Assembly (NCBI GenBank): GCA_020631995.1
Contig: JACKGJ010000002.1
Span: 26,773-90,772, forward strand
Length of the DNA stretch: 64,000 nucleotides
Direction of reading: 5' to 3'
Origin: Candidatus Nomurabacteria bacterium
GTDB taxonomy: Bacteria; Patescibacteriota; Minisyncoccia; Phycocordibacterales; UBA918
Below, piece by piece: positions 63,040 through 64,000 of the stretch; the stretch's first letter is position 1; the number at the start of each line of letters is the position of its first letter. Below the pieces are notes generated by a model, which was given only the letters and a program-made list of their open reading frames with translations, had not been told where the DNA came from and did no database searches. The position numbers and the translations under genes were made by a program.

Positions 63040-64000
63040 CTACTTAGTAGTTAACCTCCAATAAATACGTCCGAGTCTCACTTGGTCGTAGTCATACTTC
63101 TCTTTTAGATACTCAAAGATTGGTTTTAACTTCTCGTCCCCTACTTCTTCAATCGCCTTTTGCATATGTGGCCAAGTCTGTTCCCAGTCACTTGGTGTTA
63201 GGTGTGCAATTTCGGTCCTCAGTAGCTGTTCTTCATTAATAAGATTCTCAACATGACTCCAAATAGTGGATTCTACCATTTTGCGATTCTTTGCAATTTC
63301 ACTAACCGACATTTTATCGAGTAGCATTCGTTTGGTAACTTCGTGTGTACTTTCCTTCTTTACCCTCTCCCCTGCTTCCACTGCCTTTACTTCCTCGGGC
63401 TTTGGTAATTTGCCTCCACCGGATTTCACGAAGTTCGTGTGTAGTTTCAATAATTCCTCATCTGACATTTCATTGAAGACATCTTCGGCTGATTGGCTAT
63501 CATCTTTAAAACGCACATCCTGTGCCACAACTCGAGGATCCACCGATAGTGCGTTTGGATTCATTCCAGAGAGTTTGAGTCCAGCTAAGGCTCGCACACG
63601 TGAGAGTGCCACATAGCCCTGGCCATAGACGAAGGCCTTTGAGAGATCTATCTCAGCAGCATCCAGCGACATACCTTGGCTTTTGTGCACGGTAATACCC
63701 CAGGCAAGTCGCAGTGGTACTTGTTCAATAGTGGCACGCACCTTGCCGTCTTCGGCCACTTCCCAACTGGTTGATTCCGCCTTAATGGTTCGGCCGTCTG
63801 AGGTTTTCACTATTGGCCAGCCTTCGGTACGATCAAAGTCAATGACCCGGCCCAAAGTCCCATTCACATAGCCCTTCTCAAAGTTGTTTTTGGTGAACAT
63901 CACCATCGCTTCTTCTTTCAGTTCTAGAGTTTCTGGAGATAAACAGTTGCGCATCAGGCTTTCTACCAAGACTCTCCCGCCCTTGCCATGCATTCTAAAG
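63040..64000 (-). CDS. PIF1/RecD-like helicase, C-terminal part with terminal HTH (5' end beyond the right window edge)
   Basis: ITVHKSQGMSLD, GYVALSRVR, and a C-terminal HTH-like MSVSEIAKNRKMVESTIWSHVENLI. The frame stays open upstream of the track start 63993 through nt 64000. Confidence 0.8.
   Translation of the reverse strand, partial: FRMHGKGGRVLVESLMRNCLSPETLELKEEAMVMFTKNNFEKGYVNGTLGRVIDFDRTEGWPIVKTSDGRTIKAESTSWEVAEDGKVRATIEQVPLRLAWGITVHKSQGMSLDAAEIDLSKAFVYGQGYVALSRVRALAGLKLSGMNPNALSVDPRVVAQDVRFKDDSQSAEDVFNEMSDEELLKLHTNFVKSGGGKLPKPEEVKAVEAGERVKKESTHEVTKRMLLDKMSVSEIAKNRKMVESTIWSHVENLINEEQLLRTEIAHLTPSDWEQTWPHMQKAIEEVGDEKLKPIFEYLKEKYDYDQVRLGRIYWRLTTK

Overview
64-kb gene-dense, moderately AT-rich bacterial chromosomal window using the standard genetic code. 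I found no rRNA, tRNA or CRISPR array. The backbone is housekeeping: obg, gatB, scpB, a dac-mraY-ftsW-murG cell-wall cluster, gltX, murI, rpmA, rplI, rplU, cysS, dnaB, recR, rmuC, truB, a P-type ATPase and a PIF1-like helicase. This content, plus many small membrane proteins and a giant surface protein, resembles reduced-genome CPR/Patescibacteria-type episymbionts (inference only). One third of the window is a single uninterrupted 21.9-kb ORF (3994-25878, 7,294 aa). It encodes a cytoplasmic excisionase-type HTH, one TM helix, and a huge T/S/G/N-rich ectodomain built from modules that look like phage tail fibres. The ectodomain contains kb-scale, almost sequence-identical tandem DNA repeats (a 1,434-bp unit, and alternating 651/648-bp units), a C1q/TNF-like domain, ten 51-aa propeller-like blades and an acidic PE/PT tail. 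Five other observations stand out. (1) An accessory island at 35.1-41.5 kb carries a Xer-type recombinase, a promoter/terminator-delimited C-rich sRNA candidate, an M-R-M restriction-modification operon, and a mini-DnaA with domains I and IV but no AAA+ module. (2) Perfect DnaA boxes sit at the promoters of two accessory genes. (3) A family of about 80-210-bp imperfect-palindrome intergenic elements lies directly after the stop codons of + strand genes. (4) Three GC-rich, SD-led, self-terminated orphan cassettes lie at 55-59 kb. (5) At 13 operon-leading native genes a -10 hexamer sits 6-8 nt before the ATG, suggesting leaderless mRNAs, while accessory genes carry strong Shine-Dalgarno sites. 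All functional calls rest on motifs read by eye; no database search was run.
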